A DNA stretch of 38,889 bases, taken from Myxococcales bacterium (lineage in GTDB: Bacteria; Myxococcota_A; UBA9042; JABWCM01; BTVJ01). Each line of letters starts with the position of its first letter. Positions within the stretch are counted from its first letter, which is position 1. Under the pieces are notes generated by a model. It was not told where the DNA came from and ran no database searches. It worked only from the letters and a program-made list of their open reading frames with translations. The stretch covers positions 1 to 38,889 of the forward strand of contig BTVJ01000068.1 of the NCBI GenBank assembly GCA_045863395.1, written 5' to 3'. Below are positions 25,382 to 33,712 of this stretch, one piece after another. Made by a program: the position numbers and the translations under genes.

Positions 25382-27190
25382 TTGGCGGAGAAGGCGCGGG
25401 TGGGCAGGGGCCCGGCGGCAGCGGGCGGGGGCTCGACCGCCGATGTCGGGGGCGCGCGGCGGAGCGGCCTCGAGGGCCTGTCGTTCGGAGAGCAGCGGCA
25501 GCGCGTCGCGCCCGGTGTCTCGTCGGGCAGCCCGGCGGCCCAGGGCCTGCTCGACCCGCCGGTGTCGCTCCCGTTCCGCGCGGAGATGGAGCGCTCCTTC
25601 GGGCGCGACTTCGGCGGGGTGGTCGCTCACGTCGGGCCGAACGCCGCGGCCGCGAACATCGCGCTCGGGAGCCGCGCCTGCACGAAGGGCGCGCACGTCG
25701 TCCTGGGGACGGCGACCCCGGACCGCGCGCTAGTCGCCCACGAGCTGGCCCACGTCGTGCAGCAGGGGGCGGCAGGGCCCGCGAGCGAGGTCCCGGATGG
25801 GGCGCTGCCCGCAGCGTCCCATGAAGACGAGGCCGACCAGGCGGCGGCCGCGGTCCTGCGGGGGCAGGCGGTCGAGGTGAGGGGCAACGCGCCCGTCGGC
25901 GTCCAGACATGGAAGGGCCGCGAGCACGCCGCCATCGGGGACGCGGCCTGGACCTCGGTCGCGGCAAGCGATCCCGCGCTCGGGGCGCTGATGGGCGACG
26001 CGAGCCAGGCCGTCGCCGTCGGGTCGAAGGGCAACGGGACCCGCATCGGCTATGGTGAGGCCAACCGCCGCGCGGGAGACCACGCGTTCACGGTGGGGGA
26101 TCTGCACAAGGGCTACGGCGACCCGAACCAGCCCGGCAAGAGCCATGAACGGGCCGGCCAGGCGCCCCACACGGTCGCGCTCGCCAAGAAGGAGTGGAAG
26201 GCGCACCACGTGCGGGCGCTGAAGGCCGCTGCGCTGGCGCACGAGGCCGTGGGGACCGACGACCACCAGGCCCTCTTCGACAAGGCGATCCGCACCGAGT
26301 CCTTCGCCGCCCACTTCCTGGAGGACGCCTTCTGCGCGGGCCACCAGACGATGAAGGACCTCGCGTGGATCGCCGGGGGCCCGAACCGGCCGGCGGACCG
26401 ACTGGGCAACCAGCGCTACCACGACTGGTTCAACGCCAACGGGCTCGACGTGGTCACCGACGGCAAGCCCGGGGCCCCTCCGATCCACGCCTACGGCGAC
26501 GGGGCGCTGTCCGAGGCGCAGGGCAACGGCTACGCCGCGCGCGTGACGGAGGCCGTCGCGCTGTCCCTTCGTCACGTCGTGGAGGTGGCGGCGGGGCAGC
26601 GCACCCTGAAGCAGGCGGCAAAGCAGGGCAAGGCCGTCCTGGCGCTCGTCCCGCACGTGGACGCGGCGGACTTCGAGGCGACCGGCGCAGGGGACGAGGG
26701 GTGGCTGCAGGCCGCGGCCGTGGAGACGATGATCGCGGGCTACCAGAAGATCCACGCTCGGGCCAAGGGCTCGACCCAGCAGAAGAGGACCCAGTCGGGC
26801 GTCGCGGTGTCGGGCAAGGAGCTTGCGAACGACGCCACCCTGAAGGACCTCTTCGACGGCGAGTTCAACGGGCGCCACGGCAAGGCCGCCGATCGGCTCC
26901 GCGTCGCGCGCGACCTGGACTTCCTGGCGAAGACCCTGGAGCCGACATGGGCCGGGGCCGGCGGCGAGAAGGAGCGCGGCCGGTTCGCGGGTGAGCTGCT
27001 CCGCACGCTGGCGGTCCGGATCGGCCAGCTCGAAGCCCATGTCAGTGGCCCGGGGCCGGTGTGGCTCCAGGACCTGAAGCTCAAGGTGTATGGCGAGTGG
27101 AAGAAGTGCAGGGGGGACCTGCCGAAGCGCCGCGACGACTGGCACGCGGACGTGTTGGCGCTCCGCGCGCGGATCCCGGAAGCCGCATAG
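25382..27190 (+). CDS. DUF4157 (eCIS core domain) protein with Zn-dependent phospholipase C / S1-P1-like domain
   Basis: RAEMERSFGRDFGGVVAH...LVAHELAHVVQQ is DUF4157; EDEADQAA; then WKGREHAAIGD, AHFLEDAFCAGH, YHDWFNANGL, YGD. TTG start chosen from GGAGG at 25370-25374; ATG 25358 is an alternative. Confidence 0.8.
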   Translation: MAEKARVGRGPAAAGGGSTADVGGARRSGLEGLSFGEQRQRVAPGVSSGSPAAQGLLDPPVSLPFRAEMERSFGRDFGGVVAHVGPNAAAANIALGSRACTKGAHVVLGTATPDRALVAHELAHVVQQGAAGPASEVPDGALPAASHEDEADQAAAAVLRGQAVEVRGNAPVGVQTWKGREHAAIGDAAWTSVAASDPALGALMGDASQAVAVGSKGNGTRIGYGEANRRAGDHAFTVGDLHKGYGDPNQPGKSHERAGQAPHTVALAKKEWKAHHVRALKAAALAHEAVGTDDHQALFDKAIRTESFAAHFLEDAFCAGHQTMKDLAWIAGGPNRPADRLGNQRYHDWFNANGLDVVTDGKPGAPPIHAYGDGALSEAQGNGYAARVTEAVALSLRHVVEVAAGQRTLKQAAKQGKAVLALVPHVDAADFEATGAGDEGWLQAAAVETMIAGYQKIHARAKGSTQQKRTQSGVAVSGKELANDATLKDLFDGEFNGRHGKAADRLRVARDLDFLAKTLEPTWAGAGGEKERGRFAGELLRTLAVRIGQLEAHVSGPGPVWLQDLKLKVYGEWKKCRGDLPKRRDDWHADVLALRARIPEAA

Positions 27191-27243
27191 TCACCGCCCG
27201 CGCCGCCTCCCCCGGGCACACCGCCTGCGCCCAAGCGCCCCTG

Positions 27244-29205
27244 CTAACGTTCGGAACCCGCCTGCGAGGTGGCCTCGAAGCGCTCGGCCAGCTCTGCGAA
27301 AGCCAGCGCCGCGTCCGGCGTCTCCGCGGACCACGCCTCGTCCGCCATCCACCAGAGGGCCCGCGCTCCCCGCCGTGTCGGCGCCACGTCCTGCTCAAGG
27401 CGGGCGAGCAGGGCCTGCAGGCCATGACCGAAGCGCGTCTCCCGGGCGCGTGCCATGCCCTCGATGAGCGCCAGGTGCTCGCGCTGCTCCGTAGTCAGGC
27501 CCCCCGCGAGGCGTCGGCGGAGCCTCTCGAGCTCCTTGACCTCGTCCTTGCCGAAGAAGATGGCGCGGCCGGCGACCCGGATCAGCTCCCGGCGCAGGCT
27601 CCGCTCAGGCCACACCGGCGCAAGGATCGGGACCAGGCGGCGCCACCCCCGGAGCTGGGGCACGAGCAGGTGGCCGAGCACGTGGGCGAGCCACAAGGCG
27701 GCCATGGCCCGGATCGACTGCTCGATGGGCGTGCCAGGGCCGAGCCCCGTGACGTGGATCAGCCCTGCCAGCGGGATTGCGGCGAGCAGTCCGGCTGGCA
27801 GCAGCACCACGTAGAACGGCGGGAAGGGCGCCAGAAGCGAGCGGACGAGGCTCCGCACGTGGCCCCAGCGCAGGCGGCCAATCCGTGCGAGCGATGCTGC
27901 GCTCTCGCCAGTCGCGCGGGCCTCCAGCCGCAGCCCGACGAACAGCAGCACCACGATCACGACGGCGGTACCCGACACCGTGGCCGCGACCGCGGAGAGG
28001 ACCCACGCCCCGAGCTCCAGGGTTGGCACTACCGGCACCACGATGTGCAGCACACCGGCGCCCAGGACGAGGCCCAGGCAGCAGGCCCAGCTCAGGAGTC
28101 CAGCCGCGCCGAGGGCGACCAGACCCTGGAGCGGCGAGCGGTTGAACGAGCGCAGGCTGTCGAGCCACCGCGGCGGCCGTCTTCGCCGGCGGCTCCCCAG
28201 GCGGAGGCGCTCGTCCAAGTTGGCCTGGGCGCTCTGGCCCTCCCCCCAGCTCTTCTCCCGGGCGGTCTGGCGGGCTGAGGGTGGCGCTGTGCGGCGGGGC
28301 TTCGTTTCGCGGGAGAGCGCGCGGGGTGTCTCGGCTGGGGCACCGCGCTCCCCGCGTCTCCTCGCCACATGCGGGACAGACTCCAGCGCGCTGAGCAGCT
28401 CACGCGCCCCAGGGAGACGCCGCGCCGGATCGGGGTTCAGCATGGACTCGAGCAGCCCTCGGAGCGGACCCGACAGGGTCACGTGCCTCTTCCAGGCGCC
28501 CGGCCTCGCCGAGTCCAGCAGGGTCGCAGCGTCCTTCCCGGCCAGCAGGGACAGAGCCGTGGCGCCGAGGCCGTAGATGTCGCTGGCGGGCGACGCCTCC
28601 CCCCGGAGCTGCTCCGGCGCCATGGTGCCGAAGGTCCCGGCGATGGTGCTGCCCCCGAGCGTCCCCTCGACGGAGGCCCGGGCGATGCCGAAGTCGATGA
28701 GCGCGAAGGAGCCGTCCGGGCGGCGCACGATGTTCGACGGCTTGATGTCACGGTGCAAGACGGGAGGGCGGCGATCCTGGAGGTAGACAAGGATCTCCCC
28801 CACCTCGGCCAGCAGCCGCAGGACGGAGGGCTCGTCCCAGGGCTCCTCCACCGACAGCGATGCGCCAGGCACCAGCTCCTGCACCAGGTAGAAGGTGACG
28901 TGGCGCGCCTTCTCGATGGTCAGATCCGCGTGATACGCAGGGATGCCGGGGTGCCGGAGCCCCTCGAGGACCCGCGCCTCGCGCTGGAACAGCTCGACGG
29001 TCTTCCAGTCGGTCACGCGGAGGAGCGACAGCTCCTTGACGGCCACGTCCGCGCCCCCCGCGAGATCCCGTGCCCTCCAGGTGCACGCCTGCCCGCCGCG
29101 ACCAAGCGCCTCGGTGAGCTGCCACCGACCCTCCAACGCTGGGTCCTCGCCGCATCGCTCGCAGGGCGTAGCCTGGATGTCCCGATGGCAGGCGGCGCAG
29201 ATCAT
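27244..29205 (-). CDS. Hanks-type Ser/Thr protein kinase with N-terminal zinc ribbon and C-terminal membrane segments
   Basis: RBS AAGGAGG; CAAC..CERC; LGRGG, VAVKEL, HRDIKPSN, DFG, MAPE, SDIYGLG; about four hydrophobic helices. Confidence 0.92.
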   Translation of the reverse strand: MICAACHRDIQATPCERCGEDPALEGRWQLTEALGRGGQACTWRARDLAGGADVAVKELSLLRVTDWKTVELFQREARVLEGLRHPGIPAYHADLTIEKARHVTFYLVQELVPGASLSVEEPWDEPSVLRLLAEVGEILVYLQDRRPPVLHRDIKPSNIVRRPDGSFALIDFGIARASVEGTLGGSTIAGTFGTMAPEQLRGEASPASDIYGLGATALSLLAGKDAATLLDSARPGAWKRHVTLSGPLRGLLESMLNPDPARRLPGARELLSALESVPHVARRRGERGAPAETPRALSRETKPRRTAPPSARQTAREKSWGEGQSAQANLDERLRLGSRRRRRPPRWLDSLRSFNRSPLQGLVALGAAGLLSWACCLGLVLGAGVLHIVVPVVPTLELGAWVLSAVAATVSGTAVVIVVLLFVGLRLEARATGESAASLARIGRLRWGHVRSLVRSLLAPFPPFYVVLLPAGLLAAIPLAGLIHVTGLGPGTPIEQSIRAMAALWLAHVLGHLLVPQLRGWRRLVPILAPVWPERSLRRELIRVAGRAIFFGKDEVKELERLRRRLAGGLTTEQREHLALIEGMARARETRFGHGLQALLARLEQDVAPTRRGARALWWMADEAWSAETPDAALAFAELAERFEATSQAGSER

Positions 29206-29262
29206 GCGAGGGCCTCCTTGCCGCGCCCGTCGCACGGGCTGCGACGGCTCCTCCGCGATCCG

Positions 29263-31077
29263 CTAGTCGCTCGACTTCTCGGACCTCTTGCGCTCGCTGT
29301 GGTCCAGGTAGCGCTTGCGCAGCCGGACGCTCTTGGGCGTGACCTCGACCAGCTCGTCGTCGTCGATGAACTCCAGCGCCTGGTCCAGGGTGAAGCGCTT
29401 CGGGGTGGTCAGCTTGAGGGCGTCGTCCGTCCCCGACGCGCGCATGTTGGTGAGCTGCTTCTTCTTGCCCGGGTTGACCACCAGGTCGTTGGCCTTGGCG
29501 TGGATCCCGATGATCTGCCCCGCGTACACCGGCTCACCCGCGCCCGTACAGAGGACGCCGCGCTCCTGAAGGTTGTAGAGGGCGTAGGTCACGGTGTCGC
29601 ACGGGTCCTGGGCGATCATCACGCCGTTCTGGCGCCGCCGGATCTCGCCCTTGTGGGGCCCGTAGTGGCTGAAGACGGCATACATGACCCCGGTTCCCCG
29701 GGTGTCGGTCAGGAACTCGCTGCGGTAGCCGATGAGCCCACGGCTCGGGATGAGATACCGCAGGCGACAGGAGCCCCTCTCCGTGACCGTCAGGTCCTGC
29801 ATGTCTCCGCCGCGGGTGTTGAGCTTCTCGATGACCGCCCCCTGGTAGTCGTTGTCCAGCTCCAGCCAGAGCTCCTCCCAGGGCTCGCAGGTCACGCCAT
29901 CGATCTCTCGCGTGATCACATGGGGCTGGCTCACCTGGAGCTCGTAGCCCTCGCGGCGCATGGACTCGATGAGCACGCCCAGGTGCAGGCCGCCGCGGCC
30001 GCTGACCTTGAAGGAGTCCGCGCTGTCGGTCTCCTCGACGCGCAAGCTGACGTCGTGCTCCAGCTCCCGCGCCAGCCGCTCCCGGATGTTGCGGCTCGTG
30101 ACGTACTTCCCCTCCCGGCCGGCGAACGGGGAGTTGTTCACCGAGAAGAACATGGCGATGGTCGGCTCATCGATCGCGATGAGGGGCAGCGGCGCGACCG
30201 CGTCCTCCCTGCACACCGTCTCGCCGACGGTCACGTCGCCGCCGATGCCCGCCAGCGCCACGATGTCGCCGGACTCGGCGCGGTTCTGGTCCACCCGGTC
30301 GAGGCCGTGGAAGCCCATGAGCTTCGTGACCCGGAAGGGCACGAGGGACTTGTCCCGCTTGACCAGCACGCACCGCTGCCCGCGCTCGATGACGCCCGCG
30401 TGGATGCGCCCGATGGCGATGCGCCCCAGGAACTCGTTGTAGTCGAGGGTCGCCACCTGGAACTGGAGGGGCTCGTCGGCGTTGTCCGCCGGCGCGTGCA
30501 CCTTCTCCGTGATCATCTTGAAGAGCGGCTCCAGGTTCTGGGGCTCGTCGTCGGGGTGGAGCACCGCGAAGCCCTTCTTCGCCGAGGCGTAGATCACGGG
30601 GAAGTCGAGCTGGTCGTCGTGGGCGTCCAGCGCCACGAACAGGTCGAAGACCTCGTTGAGCACCTCGTCGATGCGCGCGTCCGGCCGGTCGATCTTGTTG
30701 ATGACCACGATGGGCTTGTGGCCCATGGCGAGCGACTTGCGCAGCACGAACTTGGTCTGGGGCATCGGCCCCTCGGCGGCGTCCACCAGCAGCAGCGTGG
30801 AGTCCACCATGCGCAGGATGCGCTCCACCTCGCCGCCGAAGTCCGCGTGTCCAGGGGTGTCCACGATGTTGATGCGCCAGTCCTGCCATCGGATGGCCGT
30901 GTTCTTCGCAAGGATGGTGATGCCGCGCTCACGCTCCTGGTCGTTGCTGTCCATGACCCGCTCGCGCACCTGCTGGTTGTCGCGGAAGGTCCCGGACTGC
31001 CGCAGCAGCCCGTCGACGAGCGTCGTCTTGCCATGGTCCACGTGAGCGATGATCGCGATGTTCCTGAGCTTCTTCAT
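29263..31077 (-). CDS. typA: Translational GTPase TypA/BipA
   Basis: [80 protein letters not shown]. Confidence 0.98.
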   Translation of the reverse strand: MKKLRNIAIIAHVDHGKTTLVDGLLRQSGTFRDNQQVRERVMDSNDQERERGITILAKNTAIRWQDWRINIVDTPGHADFGGEVERILRMVDSTLLLVDAAEGPMPQTKFVLRKSLAMGHKPIVVINKIDRPDARIDEVLNEVFDLFVALDAHDDQLDFPVIYASAKKGFAVLHPDDEPQNLEPLFKMITEKVHAPADNADEPLQFQVATLDYNEFLGRIAIGRIHAGVIERGQRCVLVKRDKSLVPFRVTKLMGFHGLDRVDQNRAESGDIVALAGIGGDVTVGETVCREDAVAPLPLIAIDEPTIAMFFSVNNSPFAGREGKYVTSRNIRERLARELEHDVSLRVEETDSADSFKVSGRGGLHLGVLIESMRREGYELQVSQPHVITREIDGVTCEPWEELWLELDNDYQGAVIEKLNTRGGDMQDLTVTERGSCRLRYLIPSRGLIGYRSEFLTDTRGTGVMYAVFSHYGPHKGEIRRRQNGVMIAQDPCDTVTYALYNLQERGVLCTGAGEPVYAGQIIGIHAKANDLVVNPGKKKQLTNMRASGTDDALKLTTPKRFTLDQALEFIDDDELVEVTPKSVRLRKRYLDHSERKRSEKSSD

Positions 31078-31265
31078 GACCCTGGTGTCCGGGGTGGGAG
31101 GGTTCGGGCGGCGCAGAGTATGGAAACGGGGGGGGCGCGTCAAACGCGACGACGTAGATCCAATGGTTTCAGTCTCTTGCGACCACGACGCGCCGCGTCG
31201 TGCCCGGTCCCCCGTGACGTCCACACCCGCCTGTGATACGGTCCCCGCACTTCGGCGAGGTGATC

Positions 31266-32231
31266 ATGGTCCACCTGCAGGTCCTCTACCACGGCTCGTG
31301 CTTCGACGGCTGCGCCTCGGCCGCGCTGTTCGCGAGCTTCTACCGGCAGCACGTGGACCCGTCCGCCGAGGTGGCCTTCACTCCGCTGGTCCATGGCCCC
31401 CCCGGGGAGCTGCCCGACGCCCTTCTCGGAGGCGACGACAACGCCATCGTCGACTTCGGCTACTCCCGGAGCGACCGCCTCGGGTGGTGGTTCGACCACC
31501 ACAAGAGCGGGCTGAAGCAGCCGGATCGGGAGCACTTCGCCGGACGCCCGGCTGGCCGCTTCTTCTATGATCCGCAGGCGCCCTCTTGCGCGGGCTGGCT
31601 CTCCCGCTCGCTCGCGGCGACCCGCGGCTTCGACACTGCGCCCCACGCGGAGTTGATCCGGTGGGCGGAGATCATCGACGCCGCGGCCTTCCCTGACGCG
31701 CGCATGGCCGTCGAGCTGTCGGAGCCCGCGCTGCGCATCATGACGGTGCTGGAGGCGAGCGGTGACGACCCGGGCCTCCAGCGGCGCATCATCGCGGGGA
31801 TGGCCGCGCCGGGGGCGGCCGCTCTGGTCGACGTGGCGGCGGACCCGGCGGTGGACGGCGCCCTGCAGCCCCTGCTCCGGAGGCACCGGGAGACCATCGA
31901 GCTGGTGCGCGGGCGGGTCCAGATGACCGGCGAGGTGCTCGCCTACGATGTCGCGGACCACAATCTGGAGGGCATCAACAAGTTCATCCCCTACTTTCTG
32001 CGTCCTGAGGCGTTGTACGTCGTCGCGGTGTCCGCGAGCGAGAAGCGCGCCAAGATCAGCGTCGGCTCCAACCCGTGGCGACCGGCAGAGCGGCGGCACG
32101 ACATCGCTGCGCTGTGCCAGCGGCACGGGGGCGGAGGGCATCCGGTGGTCGGCGCCATCAGCCTGCCCCCCGACCAGGTGGACGAGGCCCGGCGCATCGC
32201 CGCCGAGCTGGTCGCCGAGCTGTCCCGCTAG
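31266..32231 (+). CDS. DHH/DHHA1 family phosphoesterase
   Basis: RBS GAGG; YHGSCFDGCASA, IVDF, WFDHH, GGGGHPVVGA. Confidence 0.85.
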   Translation: MVHLQVLYHGSCFDGCASAALFASFYRQHVDPSAEVAFTPLVHGPPGELPDALLGGDDNAIVDFGYSRSDRLGWWFDHHKSGLKQPDREHFAGRPAGRFFYDPQAPSCAGWLSRSLAATRGFDTAPHAELIRWAEIIDAAAFPDARMAVELSEPALRIMTVLEASGDDPGLQRRIIAGMAAPGAAALVDVAADPAVDGALQPLLRRHRETIELVRGRVQMTGEVLAYDVADHNLEGINKFIPYFLRPEALYVVAVSASEKRAKISVGSNPWRPAERRHDIAALCQRHGGGGHPVVGAISLPPDQVDEARRIAAELVAELSR

Positions 32232-32246
32232 ACGGGAGGTCACTCC

Positions 32247-33050
32247 ATGGGTCCGCACCACGAGCACACATCCAGGGTGGTCACGATCAGGCGCCTCGCC
32301 GCGTGGTCTCCGATCCTGGCCCTGCTTGCGGGCTGCGCGACCACCGCCCCCCTCGCCGTGTCCCCCCAGATGGACGAGGCCCACGCGCTCGGAGGCTACA
32401 GCGCCCGGTTCCGCCAGGGTGAGCACGAGCGCAACCACAACATCGCCACGGCGGCCGCGGCGCTCGACGGGCGCGTCATCGCGCCGGGCGCCACGTTCTC
32501 GTTCAACCAGGCCGTCGGGCCCCGCACCGGCAAGCGCGGCTACCGCGTGGCCCCGACCCTCACGCTCGACGGCGCCGAGCCGGCCTTGGGCGGCGGCGTG
32601 TGCCAGGTCTCGTCGGTGCTCTTCAACGCCTTGATGCAGGCCGACCTGGAGCTGGTCGAGCGCACCCAGCACTCCCGCCCCATCCGGTACATCCCGCCGG
32701 GGCGCGACGCCACCGTGAGCTGGGGGCACCTCGACCTGCGGGTCCGCAACCCCCACCCGTTCCCGGTGACGATCCGCTCCGAGGTGCGCGCCCACCGGCT
32801 GACCTTCTGGGTCAAGGCGTCGGAGCCCCTGGACCACGAGGTGCGCCTGGTCACCGAGCAGGTCGAGTCGGCGAGCCCGAAGCGGCCCGTGGAGATGTTC
32901 GGCTCCGGGGAGGCGCCGCCCGACAGCCAGCGGCTGGAGGGCGCCTACGTCAAGCTCTTCCGCGAGCGTCTGCTCGACGGCCGGGTCTACGAGCGGGAGC
33001 GCCTGGCCAACACCCTGTACCTGACGGGCGTCTCGGGGGCGCGCCGATGA
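32247..33050 (+). CDS. VanW family lipoprotein
   Basis: Lipobox LLAGC; RNHNIATAA...IAPGATFSFNQAVGPRT, GGGVCQVSSVLFNA, ERTQHS..YIPPGRDATVSWG. Confidence 0.9.
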   Translation: MGPHHEHTSRVVTIRRLAAWSPILALLAGCATTAPLAVSPQMDEAHALGGYSARFRQGEHERNHNIATAAAALDGRVIAPGATFSFNQAVGPRTGKRGYRVAPTLTLDGAEPALGGGVCQVSSVLFNALMQADLELVERTQHSRPIRYIPPGRDATVSWGHLDLRVRNPHPFPVTIRSEVRAHRLTFWVKASEPLDHEVRLVTEQVESASPKRPVEMFGSGEAPPDSQRLEGAYVKLFRERLLDGRVYERERLANTLYLTGVSGARR

Positions 33051-33712
33051 GCGCACGTCACGCCGTCGCCGTGGTCGCCACGTTCGTGGCCCTGGGGCAT
33101 CCGCTCCTCGTCCCGACTGCGTCCGCCGCCCCCTATGGCCATGCCTTTCGTGAGATCGCCGAGCCCGTGGCGATCACCGACGGCCGCGCGCTCGTCGCCC
33201 TGGCCCGCGCCGCGCTGGAGGCCGCCGCCCGCGGAGAGCCACTACCCGAGCCTCCTACGGCGGGCCGGGACCCGGCGCCCTTCGGGGTCTTCGTCACCGC
33301 GGTCCGCGACCGGAAGGTCCGCGGCTGCTTTGGCCGGCTCGACCCCGGCGGGGGCAGCGTGGCCGAGATGGTCATCGAGGCCGCCCACGGGGCCGCGCGC
33401 CTCGACGTGCGCAACCGCCCCATCATGCCCGGCGAGCTCCGCGAGCTGGATCTCATCGTCTCGCTGGTCGGCCCGATCGAGCCCATCGAGAGCACCGCCT
33501 CCCTCGACCCCTGGACCATGGGCCTGCTGGTGCGCGCCGACTCTCGGGCTGCCGTCCTGCTGCCCGGCGAGGCCCGCACGGCCCGCTGGCAGGTGGCCGA
33601 GAGCCGCCGCAAGGCTGGCATCGCGCCCGGCGAGCCCGTCCAGATGTTCCGCTTCCCGACCATCACGCTGATCGAGCACGAGCTGTTCCCGAGCAAAGGA
33701 GACACACAGTGA
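33047..33712 (+). CDS. AMMECR1 domain protein with apparent N-terminal signal peptide
   Basis: ATGA overlap with the VanW gene; GVFVT...VRGCFG, AA..D.R..P, GLLV...AVLLPGE, RRKAGI; hydrophobic N-terminus ending ASA|A. Confidence 0.82.
   Translation: MSARHAVAVVATFVALGHPLLVPTASAAPYGHAFREIAEPVAITDGRALVALARAALEAAARGEPLPEPPTAGRDPAPFGVFVTAVRDRKVRGCFGRLDPGGGSVAEMVIEAAHGAARLDVRNRPIMPGELRELDLIVSLVGPIEPIESTASLDPWTMGLLVRADSRAAVLLPGEARTARWQVAESRRKAGIAPGEPVQMFRFPTITLIEHELFPSKGDTQ

Noticed and set aside
32247..33050. VanW as evidence of a vancomycin resistance cluster
   Set aside because: No vanH/A/X/R/S genes; VanW domains are widespread outside resistance operons.
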